A stretch of 64,000 bases of DNA from a virus: IMG/VR virus record IMGVR_UViG_3300025131_000006. The stretch is one strand, 5' to 3'. This document shows positions 18,615-27,877 of this stretch, in pieces (the stretch's first letter is position 1; every line of letters starts with the position of its first letter). Made by a program: the position numbers and the translations under genes. A model generated the notes under the pieces. It was not told where the DNA came from. It worked only from the letters and a program-made list of their open reading frames with translations, and ran no database searches.

Positions 18615-19829
18615 ATGGAACAGATGGACGATCTTAAGATTGGAGGAGAAGGTCCGGCTTCTGCGGAGGCTCAGGGAGTGCAGGGAGAGGCATCCAGTAA
18701 GCTGCCGTTTCCTCACCCTGTGGCGAATTCGAACGATCTCTCCGGGGCAAGTCGAGACGATCTGGTGAGCCATTATGAGCAGAGGAGCACAGAGCTAAAA
18801 GACCAAGAGATGTTCCAAGCGAGAGAGGCTATGGAACGGGGGGGTTCCCCAGAGGTGGAGCTTGTTCCTTCACACATGCATAGGTATGAGAAAAAGAAGT
18901 TATTTGGAGGGTCGCCACCGCGAGAGCATTCAAAGGAGGCTTGGAAGAGGGTTATTGGCACCGGGAAGAGCCCTGCTTGGGATTGGTATGCTGACTCCCA
19001 AATGCGTGCTGCGGAGGAAGGCCAGCCCCCGACACATATGGATGATTGGATTGAGCAGTGGATGGAGAAGCACAGAACCTCCGTCACAGAAGAGCACAAG
19101 GAGGATGTTCGCAGCGGTGCATTCGCCGAGCGCCGTGGGGTTGATTTGAATGGGGTTGGTGGGGATGTCAGTGTTCATGTGGCTGAAGCGCTTGAGGATA
19201 ACCTGTTAGCACCTCTTCCCAGGAACAGAGGGGCGTTAGGGGTCGTCCATCACAGAACGGGCAATGAGTTCGTGCGTTATGGGGATCTTTACATGGGGGC
19301 GTATCATGTAAAGCAGCACACTATTGAGATTGGGACTTCGGGAGAGTCCTTCGCTCACGAGTTTTTCCACGCTCTAGACAGTGATACGGGTTATAATTGG
19401 TGGGGTAGGGTCAAGATGGAGTTCGGGACTCCTGTGTATGCTTCGGAGGGGTCGGGGCGAACTCCTGAGGCTCGCGAGCTTGCAAAGTTTACCCACCTTT
19501 TGGGGCACTCTTTGAGCAAGACAAGAGGGAGGCACTTAAAAGATTTGTCTCCTGCGGCGAAGAGGTATTTTTACGAGCCGAAAGAGTTGTTGGCTCGATT
19601 TGGAGAGCAAATGGTCTCCCATCTTTCGCACCTGCACGCTGCCCATGGGGTTCACTCAACAGCAACAAAGTTGGCGAAGGACATTGACCATTACTACCAC
19701 AGCCCTGTTCATTGGGACAAAAGAACGCTCCAGGCTCTCCTCCATGTATGGGGTGGTCTGTCTGTCGGAAAGAGGATGCTTGGCGACGTGGAGAAAGCTT
19801 TTGGGTTCGGTGTAATGGTGAAGCTGTAA
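18615..19829 (+). CDS. stand-alone zincin-like (HExxH) protein, paralogue of the N-terminal domain of 7862..13285
   Basis: SGESFAHEFFHALDSD...ELLARFGEQMVS...KAFGFGV vs SGESFAHEWFHAVDGD...EVWARFGAQLVS...KALGFGV. Confidence 0.8.
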   Translation: MEQMDDLKIGGEGPASAEAQGVQGEASSKLPFPHPVANSNDLSGASRDDLVSHYEQRSTELKDQEMFQAREAMERGGSPEVELVPSHMHRYEKKKLFGGSPPREHSKEAWKRVIGTGKSPAWDWYADSQMRAAEEGQPPTHMDDWIEQWMEKHRTSVTEEHKEDVRSGAFAERRGVDLNGVGGDVSVHVAEALEDNLLAPLPRNRGALGVVHHRTGNEFVRYGDLYMGAYHVKQHTIEIGTSGESFAHEFFHALDSDTGYNWWGRVKMEFGTPVYASEGSGRTPEARELAKFTHLLGHSLSKTRGRHLKDLSPAAKRYFYEPKELLARFGEQMVSHLSHLHAAHGVHSTATKLAKDIDHYYHSPVHWDKRTLQALLHVWGGLSVGKRMLGDVEKAFGFGVMVKL

Positions 19830-20029
19830 TGCGAACGGTTGTTCTCAAGTCGCACCGAGCACGAGCGTTGCAGTCCGAGCGACGGCAGTTGCAACGCCAA
19901 TTGGCATCGGCAAGCTCCGAGGGAGAGAGATCGAAGATCTTAGAGGAGCTACGAATCCGGATGGCAGAGATATTGCGGGAAGAGGGGGAGGATCGACAGA
20001 GTGCTTACGGGATAGCCCACATGAAGTGA
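19829..20029 (+). CDS. small coiled-coil protein
   Basis: TAATG stop/start overlap with the zincin gene. Confidence 0.65.
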   Translation: MRTVVLKSHRARALQSERRQLQRQLASASSEGERSKILEELRIRMAEILREEGEDRQSAYGIAHMK

Positions 20030-20063
20030 ATGTTGTGACTATATTGGAGGGGGAGGTGATGGC

Positions 20064-20312
20064 ATGGGTATATGGTATGTGCTGTATGGGTTCACGTTTA
20101 TCGTGGGTTGGACGATTGGGTATTGGGCGTGGTTGCGTATATTGTACCACGCCAAGAAAGCGATGGTTGCACAGGAGAGGTTCTCATTTTTGCTTCATTG
20201 TGCAGTGATGTGGGCGTGGGGTTTTTGGATCTGTCTGACGATGATAGCCCATGCGTGGTGGTTGATGCATTTGATGAATATGGGCGGGTACATGCCGGGG
20301 AGGGATTACTGA
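20064..20312 (+). CDS. small membrane protein
   Basis: Two hydrophobic Trp-rich segments; GGAGG upstream. Confidence 0.6.
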   Translation: MGIWYVLYGFTFIVGWTIGYWAWLRILYHAKKAMVAQERFSFLLHCAVMWAWGFWICLTMIAHAWWLMHLMNMGGYMPGRDY

Positions 20313-20330
20313 GGGGGAGAAGGGAGGGGA

Positions 20331-21530
20331 TTAGATGGGGGTGGCGACGACGCGGGTGAGTTTGGTTTCTCGGTTTCCGCGATAGGTGTCAACGGCTTTG
20401 ATGGTGGCTTTGATTGCGTATGTGGCTCCTCGCTCGATGTCGGGGCATCCGGAGGCGAACCAAGTGGCGACGCGGCCAAGGGCGTCACGGAATTTGCAGA
20501 TAGTGGTGAGTCCGTAGTATCCTTCGCTCGGAAAGGTTCCGATGCAGGTGGCTTCCCATTCGGGGAGTGCGGAGACGCCGTTGTCACGGTCTTTTTTGGA
20601 GAGTTTTCTGCCGATCTTGTCACCTTCGCCGCCGAGCCATTCGGAGGGGGGCAGGGCGGCATCGGCGGCTTTTTCTGCTTCGCGGTTGAGGTGCCGCTCA
20701 TAGGCAGGGATGGCAGCAGCGACGATGCCGATGTTTTTGACTTCGCAGGTTTCCATGGAGCAAGCGACGCGGAGGTTGTGGAGGAAGTCGTTTTTGGTGT
20801 CTTCGGGGAGGGAGGACGCCCAAGCGGTAGCAGCGATGCCGGTTTCGATGTCGGCCTGTTCGGGTCTGTTGGCCTTGAGGCAGAGAGCGTTGAAGGCTTG
20901 GTCAGCCGTGGACTCGCCGGACCAAGATGCTTTGCCGCGACCGAGGAAGCCATAGAGTCGGATTTCACGGGCCACGTAACCGAGGTAGGTGGCGATGCCG
21001 ATGCGGCGATCGGAGGTGTCGTATCGACCTTCCATGTTGAATCTTTGGCAGTCGCGAAGGAAGCTCAAGCGATCGGCGATGTCGGAAGCGGTGGAGAGTC
21101 CAAGGAAGTCGGCGAGGCAGTTGCGACCGACGCGGATGAACGAGCCGTCTTCGTCGTTTTGGAGGACAAAGGTTTCCTTGCGACGCCGTTTGGTGTGGCA
21201 GTGGTCGCAGGAGTTCTTTGCTTCGCGGAAATCGACGGGGAGTTCCACGGAGGTTTTGGGGAACATGTTGATGATATTCCCGGCAGACTCGTGTTGGACG
21301 ACGGCGATGGGGGTGAAGCCCTCGATGACGATCGAGGGCGTATCGACGAGTTCGCCGATGTGATAGAGTTCAAAGAGCCCGGTGGGTCCGAGAACATCGT
21401 GGATCTCGACTTCGTCGGTGCCGGTCCACTCGTAGGAGGGAGGGGTCAGGCCAAAAGAGATAGCTTTTTTGATGAGGCGTTTGATGCGGCGTTCGAATTT
21501 TTTCTTGTTGGTGTCGTGGATGCGAATCAT
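20331..21530 (-). CDS. phage hypothetical protein with Cys/His cluster and OB-like C-terminus
   Basis: CDHCHTKRRRK...VGRNCL.DFLG; C-terminal IKATIK...YRG..ETKLTRV. Confidence 0.75.
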   Translation of the reverse strand: MIRIHDTNKKKFERRIKRLIKKAISFGLTPPSYEWTGTDEVEIHDVLGPTGLFELYHIGELVDTPSIVIEGFTPIAVVQHESAGNIINMFPKTSVELPVDFREAKNSCDHCHTKRRRKETFVLQNDEDGSFIRVGRNCLADFLGLSTASDIADRLSFLRDCQRFNMEGRYDTSDRRIGIATYLGYVAREIRLYGFLGRGKASWSGESTADQAFNALCLKANRPEQADIETGIAATAWASSLPEDTKNDFLHNLRVACSMETCEVKNIGIVAAAIPAYERHLNREAEKAADAALPPSEWLGGEGDKIGRKLSKKDRDNGVSALPEWEATCIGTFPSEGYYGLTTICKFRDALGRVATWFASGCPDIERGATYAIKATIKAVDTYRGNRETKLTRVVATPI

Positions 21531-21531
21531 T

Positions 21532-21678
21532 CTATTCTTCCTCTTTGAGTTCGACGGTGAAGCTTTCGCCTTCGGCGATGTCAGCTACCATTTTGATGAT
21601 TTCCGTTCGGGAGATGTCGGCTGACCAGATGTCTGTTTGGCCATCTTCCCACTTTATTTCCCAGTATTTTTCGCTCAT
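21532..21678 (-). CDS. small acidic protein (48 aa)
   Basis: MSEKYWEIKWEDG..., first gene after promoter copy 4, GGAG RBS. Confidence 0.55.
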   Translation of the reverse strand: MSEKYWEIKWEDGQTDIWSADISRTEIIKMVADIAEGESFTVELKEEE

Positions 21679-21708
21679 CTTTTCTCTCTCCGTCTTGGAA
21701 TGTTCGAC

Positions 21709-21745
21709 TGTAATGGCTTTCTCCCCGTTCTATTTTGCGGTGCAA
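21709..21745 (-). promoter_or_regulatory. conserved 37-bp promoter-like motif, copy 4
   Basis: TTGCACCGCAAAATAGAACGGGGAGAAAGCCATTACA on minus strand. Confidence 0.75.
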
Positions 21746-21762
21746 ACCGGAGGGGTTATCTT

Positions 21763-21777
21763 GTTCAGTCACTGAAT
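21763..21777. repeat. 15-bp palindrome, site 7
   Basis: GTTCAGTCACTGAAT (1 mismatch). Confidence 0.85.
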
Positions 21778-21864
21778 ATTGTGCTTGGATTCTGTACATA
21801 TCTATGGTGATTCGTGTATGGTGTCGGTGGGGTACAGGGCAGCATCACTCTTGGAGTTATTGAT

Positions 21865-24800
21865 ATGGAATTGGTTTGCATCGAATGCTTATCAGGTGGC
21901 TTCGGCTTGTTTGTGAAAGGTGCGGGGCACAAGTACATCAAGCGCGAGTTGGTTTCGACTTCTCCAAGAAAGTATCGGTATTGGTACAAGCTCCCCAGAG
22001 GAGCCTTGGTGCATGATGACGCCGTTCACGTGGGCGCCAAGTTCCGTCATGGTTCCGGTGACGATCGCGGGCACTATCACGTAGACGAGGTCCATGATGA
22101 TGGCTCGGTCAGCGTTACCCACGATGAGACCGGACATACGACCAAAGTGTCTGCACACAAGCTCAAAGACATGATCCACACGGGTGATCATGATCTAGGT
22201 GAATCTCCCCAAGAGAAAGGGGAGCGGGTGCTCCAAAGCTACCAACAGGCTCTCCAGACGGGCACAGACAAGCAGATCTCGCTGCGCTTACATGATCTGA
22301 TGGAGCACGTGGCGGCTTATCCGCAAGAGTCGGTGTCGTTGGGTTATGCGTTGGCTCAAGCAGATCCAGGCGTCAAAGAGGCCATGTTGTCATTGGCTCA
22401 TGGTGGGGTGTCCACGTTCAAGACGCACAAGTCCACAAAGAAGCGTGGAAAGAAGGGCGAGAAAACAAAACACGGTGGAGCACACGTCGAGGTGACGTTG
22501 GAGCACCGTTCGTATGGAAAGATCGTCGAGGATTCGGCCAAGCAGTTGGAGCAGTTGGATGAGTCGGCGATTGTTCAGGAGATCCAAGAGAAGACGGGCG
22601 CCACAGAAGACGAAGCCAAGCAGGCGTTCTTGGCTGTAAAGAACAGCTTGGCAAAGAAGCAGAACTCTTCGAATGAGGGGGCATCGTATCTGGAGCCCTT
22701 CACGATAGACGGCGAGTCTGTTCCGGGCGTTTTTGTTTACAGTGGGAGTAATGAGAGCAAGAAGGGAACTCTTTATGTTCGCGGACTGATCGAGAACGAA
22801 GACGTGTTGGACCCTGGGTTTGGACCGGCTCCGAAGTCTGCGAAGCCGGGTAAGGTTCTCGCTCGTGCTCAGGCTGTCATGCGGTCCAAGTTGGACATAG
22901 GCCGGGTGCGTCAATACACGTTGACGCCGAGTGCTTTGTACGAGTGGTCACACGCTCCGGCAACCGGGGCAGACTTCAAAGAGGTTGATGGAGGGGCTGC
23001 TGATCAGGATAGCCTAGCTAGCCAGGCAGATTCCGGGTCTAAAAGTTCAGTCACCAAACAGTCTCACAAGGAAAGTTCGGACCTGGCTAATAGCCAGGTC
23101 GCCGAAGAGTCACCAGATGAGTTGGACGAGAGCTTGCCTTCCGGCAGCGAGGGTCTTCAATACGAGGGTGCCAAAAAAGGAGGTCAGTACCCCGGAGCAA
23201 TCGTGAGTCACCCAGACTTCCCCGACAAGCAGTTTATGGTTAAGCCAGGACGGGATTTTTTGGTGCACGCAGAAGTTGCCGGTACGAATCTGGCGGCACG
23301 AGTGCTCGGCGACGATGTAGCCAAGGCACGTCATATCGATGTAGGTGGAGCCCCGCAATCGATCGGAAAGGGCCAGCAACACGCATCGATTCAAGAGATG
23401 CGCGAGAACGACGGAGATTTGGTCTCCAATCGATATGACAGTCACATGATCCGGAATCTCCCGCAAGAGTTGAAACAAGATGTGCTGCGTCATCAGGTGG
23501 CGACGTGGTTGGTGGGTGATTCGGACGCTCACGCCGGGCAGTTCTTGCGTGGGACCGACGGGAGTTTGATTCGGATTGACTTGGGTCAAGCGTACAAGCA
23601 CATCGGCAACGATCGGCTCGATCCGAGCTGGCAGCCGAACAATCCCCCGCCGGTAGTATCCCATCTGTTGGTGGGCGATTACGCAAAGGGCCAGGGAGAG
23701 TTGGACTTCACGGACCCCCGGATCAAAGAGGCAGTGGAGAGAGCCGAGTCCATCACAGACGATGAGGTGGCACAAGCAGTCCAGCCGTATGCCGACGGTT
23801 TGGAGAAATCGGGTATTCGCTCTGCGAAAGAGACGATCGCGAAGGCAGTGGCTCGAAAGAACGGCATCCGGTCTGACTTCGAGCAGTACTTCTCCAAGGC
23901 ACTCTCGCAGCGACACGGCAAGCCGATGACGTTTTCGTTTGAGGACGGCATCTCGGAGGGCGGCGTCTCTAAGGGTTTTGGGGTGTGGAGCAAGAGTGGC
24001 ACTCCGGTGGAAGATGCAGACGACTCGACTGAAGCACCGACGAGGTTTCACGGTGCCAAGTTGTTTTATATAGAGCCTTTGATGGAAGAGCCCAAGGGTT
24101 TCGGGGCTCTCACGAAGGGCAGTAAGCATAAGTATGTGAAGCGAGAAGTTCGTATTGGACCTGATGGCAAGAAGCGTTATCGGTATTGGTATAAGCTCCC
24201 CAAGGGACATATCGTGACCGACGACTCTCTTCATATAGGTGCCAAGTTCCGCCACGGTAAGGACGAGGAGCGGGGGCACTTTCATATCGAGAGCATAAAT
24301 CCGGATGGGACAATGAACGTTCGGCATGATGAGACCGGAGAGTTCAAGAAGGTCACGCTCGACAACTTGCGCGGGATGATCCACACGGGAAGCCACGACA
24401 TCGGAGAGAACCCTGCGAGCAAGCTCCAGCGGTTGTTGGAGTCTTTGCACTTAGCGTTGCAGCACGGGACGAAAAAGCAGTACAATAAGCTGTACGAGCA
24501 TGTGATGGAGCACGTGGAGGCGTTTCCTCATATCGCGTTCGAGGGGAACGAGCCTGTCACATCGGACCATGTGCAAGATAAAATGGCGGATGTGTATTCG
24601 GCGGGCAAGCTGTCAGAGCACTTGGACGACCACGAGCACTTGTCGGATGAGGTGAAGTACCAGGGCTTCTTTGCGGAAGCCAAAGCATTGGCCGAAAAGT
24701 ATCATGATGCCTTGGTGGAAAAAGCTAGAGAGGCGGGTGCTAAGGGGTCTTCGTACACATATTGGATTATCAATGAGGCAATCTTTAAAAAGTTAAACAA

Positions 24801-27800
24801 GGAGCAGTCTGCTCTCTTCGAAAAGTACAAAGATGCACCAAAAAGTGTAAAGACATCGGTAGTTGCGTCCCACTTGGGGTCTTCTGTAAAGGGTGTTTCC
24901 CCGCTGATCTCCGAGCTTCAAGCAGCCCATGCGGAAGGGAGTCAGTCGTTTAATGCCAGCGTTGACGAGGTTCACAAGAAGGTTGTTCATATTCGAGGGA
25001 TGGTGGAGTCGGGTCAGCTTTACGCCGATATTTGGAAAGAGCTTGAGGATCTGCGAGAGCATGTGCTCAGCTTGTCGGGTGAGGTCCAACACGAGTTGGA
25101 AGATTCGTACGACTTCCTGTGGACGACAGAGGGCTTGAAAGGAAAGCTGAAGCAGTGGAAGGGGCAAACCTCGTACGGGACGCATGAATATGTCGATCTC
25201 GTGCATATGGGCTTCAATGGTGTCCTGAAAGACATGTCGAAGGCGAAGGCTCTTCAGTACATCAAAGACAACGTGACGTGCGAGTATCACTCGGAGGAAG
25301 AGGCTCTCAAGATCGTGGGAGACTCGTACGATGCGACGGCAGCGACGTTTTTGAATGTCCAAGCCAAGCTCGATTATTTGAAAGACTTGATCGAGTCGGA
25401 GTCAGACAACGCGGATATTTGGGCAGCGGCTGAAGTGCTGTTTATGGAGCTTTCTTCGACAGGGTTGTTTAAGCACCCGGCGTTCGAGGAGATGAAGACG
25501 TGGAAGAAAATCTCGAAGTTTGTGAAAGAGGGCATCGAGGAAGCAGCGAAGTCGCCTACGGACAGTCCGCAAATTCCTGGGTACAAGTATGATGCTCTTT
25601 ACCCCATGGGCTTGGGTGTCAACACTACAGTCTTCGGCACGGTAAAGAAGGAGAACCCCTACGTTAAGCTTGTGAGCGGTAGCGATACCACAAGCCACGA
25701 GGTGTGGGCAGAGGGGATTGATACAAAAGGGAACCCTGCGTACATCCATGTGGGAACAATGGTTCCTGACGAAACATACCCCGATTTGATGCATTGCTTT
25801 ACTCCTGCGGGGAATGAGATCAAGTCAAAGGGCAAGATACCCAAGGGCCTCAAGTGGGGAGGGAACTTGCTTGTTTGGTTCAAGGTGAACGTTACCGAGC
25901 CAAAAGAAGAGTTCACCGATGGCGCCGAGGAGGAGTATCAAGCGTTCTGGGGAGCGACGCCCTTGGGTATAATGACGGGCAAAGGTACACCGAGCGACGC
26001 ACCGGAGCCAGGGTCTGAGTCTGAGTCGGGCGAGAGTTCAGTGACTGAACCGTCGGATGCTGCTCCGGATAGTTCTGATTCTGATGCAGAGCCAAAACCA
26101 GGTAGCCCGGACACAGCATCCGAGACGAGTGCTCCAGCACCGACGCCCAAGAAGAAAAGCATCTTGCAGGGCAAGAAGGCGGTGAAGCATGGGACATTGG
26201 TGACAGGTGGCCAAGTTGCCAAGAAAAAGAACAAAGAGACAGGCGGGTGGCACATTGTTGCGGAAGCCCAACATGGGAACAAGACCGTCGCAAAGGTGAT
26301 TGGCTCGATCCACAAGAAGGGGAGCAAGTGGTACGCGGATAATTCGCCGGAGATAGGAGGCTTCAAGACAGCGGGTGCGTTGATTGAGGTGATGCAGAAC
26401 AAGGCGTTGGATGTCCAAAACAACCCGCCTGCTCCTCCGGTGTCAGAGCAGACACCCCAAGACAAGGTGTCTCAGCTTATATCAGAGTTGAAGACCGTCC
26501 TCGATGCTGGCGATATGTCGGATGATGTGATCTCCACATTCTTTTACAAGATCGAGCAATTGGCGGCCAATAATTACGGTTTGATGCATGATGGCCAGCC
26601 TGTGACCAATAAGCCGTTCTTGTATCAGTTGGTGATGGATGCGGGAACTGCGGGCAACTTAGACAATGCCGAAGGATGGAAGGTCTGGTCTGAGCACAAG
26701 AATAAAGACATCAACGCAGCCGTGTCAAAGCCCAAGGCTCCTGCCGATGTCTGGATGGCTATTCAGAAGGAGACCAACGCAGCCGCGTACAAGAAGCAAC
26801 AGGCCGAAGTGGCGGATAAGTACAAGGCCCATGGCCACCTCATCGAATCCCCACCGGCTATGGGTGGGTTTGGAGCACTCCAGCAAGACAACACATATGC
26901 AGATGGGTCAGTTGGGGCTATTCGTGCGATCCACGATCATGTTCGAGAGAAGTACAACCTCGGCAGCATCTCAGCGAAGCATCACAACAAGCGAAAAGAT
27001 GTCATCGCAGCGTTGTTCCCGGCGGAAAACTCCACGGTGAGTAGCTGCGCGGCGACTTGGACGACGACATCAAACCCCATCGGGTACGGTGGGAGCTTGA
27101 ACAATAACGTAATGTTTCGGTTCTTCTCGATCGCTATGGGCTTGCGGAACTTAGAGGAGGAGATCAGCAAGCTCAAGGATATTTATGGGATGAAACCGCA
27201 GCACGAGCAGCGGTTTCGCCAGGAGTACGCAGAATTTGTCGATCCCTCTCACAGCAGGTTCCGCCAGTTCGAGTGTTTGTTGTTACGTCATGTGGTCTGG
27301 CGAGATGCCGTGATGGCAAATGGCGGAGAGGGAGTAGATACGGCAACGGGCACGCTTCACCTCTTCCGAGGCATGGGCAAACTCTCGAAGGATTATGTTG
27401 ATGGTCTGAGAGAAGGAAACTTGGGTCAGACTTCGGCTGCAAGTTGGTCTACCGTAAAGAGCGTTGCCAACAGCTTCAGCGGCGGGGGCTTTGGAAGCTC
27501 TAGCTATTCGGTAGTGTTTGAGGCCGATAGTGTTCCGATTGAGCACTGTCTCTTGGGTAAACACACAGAAGGAATTGGGTTCGGCAGCGAGAAAGAGGTG
27601 ATTGTTGGAACAGCCCACAAGTCGAAGACCGTTCATGTTTACGTGAAGCCACCAGGGATGGATAAAGAAACAGTGATGCAGGAGAGGAACCTCCCCGGTG
27701 GTACTGTTGTAACGCACAAGTCTCTTGCTCGCGGCGGATTTATCTTGGGCGTGGTGAAGAATTCGGGCTTCCGGACTATTTCGAAGAGCCGGTATGGATC

Positions 27801-27813
27801 GGCGTACGATTAG
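21865..27813 (+). CDS. large polyvalent protein: duplicated HKYxKRE..YRYWY domain, HipA/PI3K-like kinase, C-terminal ADP-ribosyltransferase
   Basis: Internal repeat starting at ~21925 and ~24120; FMVKP..AEV..WLVGDSDAH..F..IRIDLG (kinase); LFRGM..AASWST..SEKEVIV (ART); ATG 21865 after GGAG. Confidence 0.8.
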   Translation: MELVCIECLSGGFGLFVKGAGHKYIKRELVSTSPRKYRYWYKLPRGALVHDDAVHVGAKFRHGSGDDRGHYHVDEVHDDGSVSVTHDETGHTTKVSAHKLKDMIHTGDHDLGESPQEKGERVLQSYQQALQTGTDKQISLRLHDLMEHVAAYPQESVSLGYALAQADPGVKEAMLSLAHGGVSTFKTHKSTKKRGKKGEKTKHGGAHVEVTLEHRSYGKIVEDSAKQLEQLDESAIVQEIQEKTGATEDEAKQAFLAVKNSLAKKQNSSNEGASYLEPFTIDGESVPGVFVYSGSNESKKGTLYVRGLIENEDVLDPGFGPAPKSAKPGKVLARAQAVMRSKLDIGRVRQYTLTPSALYEWSHAPATGADFKEVDGGAADQDSLASQADSGSKSSVTKQSHKESSDLANSQVAEESPDELDESLPSGSEGLQYEGAKKGGQYPGAIVSHPDFPDKQFMVKPGRDFLVHAEVAGTNLAARVLGDDVAKARHIDVGGAPQSIGKGQQHASIQEMRENDGDLVSNRYDSHMIRNLPQELKQDVLRHQVATWLVGDSDAHAGQFLRGTDGSLIRIDLGQAYKHIGNDRLDPSWQPNNPPPVVSHLLVGDYAKGQGELDFTDPRIKEAVERAESITDDEVAQAVQPYADGLEKSGIRSAKETIAKAVARKNGIRSDFEQYFSKALSQRHGKPMTFSFEDGISEGGVSKGFGVWSKSGTPVEDADDSTEAPTRFHGAKLFYIEPLMEEPKGFGALTKGSKHKYVKREVRIGPDGKKRYRYWYKLPKGHIVTDDSLHIGAKFRHGKDEERGHFHIESINPDGTMNVRHDETGEFKKVTLDNLRGMIHTGSHDIGENPASKLQRLLESLHLALQHGTKKQYNKLYEHVMEHVEAFPHIAFEGNEPVTSDHVQDKMADVYSAGKLSEHLDDHEHLSDEVKYQGFFAEAKALAEKYHDALVEKAREAGAKGSSYTYWIINEAIFKKLNKEQSALFEKYKDAPKSVKTSVVASHLGSSVKGVSPLISELQAAHAEGSQSFNASVDEVHKKVVHIRGMVESGQLYADIWKELEDLREHVLSLSGEVQHELEDSYDFLWTTEGLKGKLKQWKGQTSYGTHEYVDLVHMGFNGVLKDMSKAKALQYIKDNVTCEYHSEEEALKIVGDSYDATAATFLNVQAKLDYLKDLIESESDNADIWAAAEVLFMELSSTGLFKHPAFEEMKTWKKISKFVKEGIEEAAKSPTDSPQIPGYKYDALYPMGLGVNTTVFGTVKKENPYVKLVSGSDTTSHEVWAEGIDTKGNPAYIHVGTMVPDETYPDLMHCFTPAGNEIKSKGKIPKGLKWGGNLLVWFKVNVTEPKEEFTDGAEEEYQAFWGATPLGIMTGKGTPSDAPEPGSESESGESSVTEPSDAAPDSSDSDAEPKPGSPDTASETSAPAPTPKKKSILQGKKAVKHGTLVTGGQVAKKKNKETGGWHIVAEAQHGNKTVAKVIGSIHKKGSKWYADNSPEIGGFKTAGALIEVMQNKALDVQNNPPAPPVSEQTPQDKVSQLISELKTVLDAGDMSDDVISTFFYKIEQLAANNYGLMHDGQPVTNKPFLYQLVMDAGTAGNLDNAEGWKVWSEHKNKDINAAVSKPKAPADVWMAIQKETNAAAYKKQQAEVADKYKAHGHLIESPPAMGGFGALQQDNTYADGSVGAIRAIHDHVREKYNLGSISAKHHNKRKDVIAALFPAENSTVSSCAATWTTTSNPIGYGGSLNNNVMFRFFSIAMGLRNLEEEISKLKDIYGMKPQHEQRFRQEYAEFVDPSHSRFRQFECLLLRHVVWRDAVMANGGEGVDTATGTLHLFRGMGKLSKDYVDGLREGNLGQTSAASWSTVKSVANSFSGGGFGSSSYSVVFEADSVPIEHCLLGKHTEGIGFGSEKEVIVGTAHKSKTVHVYVKPPGMDKETVMQERNLPGGTVVTHKSLARGGFILGVVKNSGFRTISKSRYGSAYD
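23045..23059. repeat. 15-bp palindrome, site 8 (inside CDS linker)
   Basis: GTTCAGTCACCAAAC encoding SSVTKQ (1 mismatch). Confidence 0.75.
26036..26050. repeat. 15-bp palindrome, site 9 (inside CDS linker)
   Basis: GTTCAGTGACTGAAC encoding SSVTEP. Confidence 0.9.
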
Positions 27814-27877
27814 GCGGATTCATGGTTTATATTATCCGTATGTCAATGTGAAATAATACACAAGGAGAAAAAAAACC

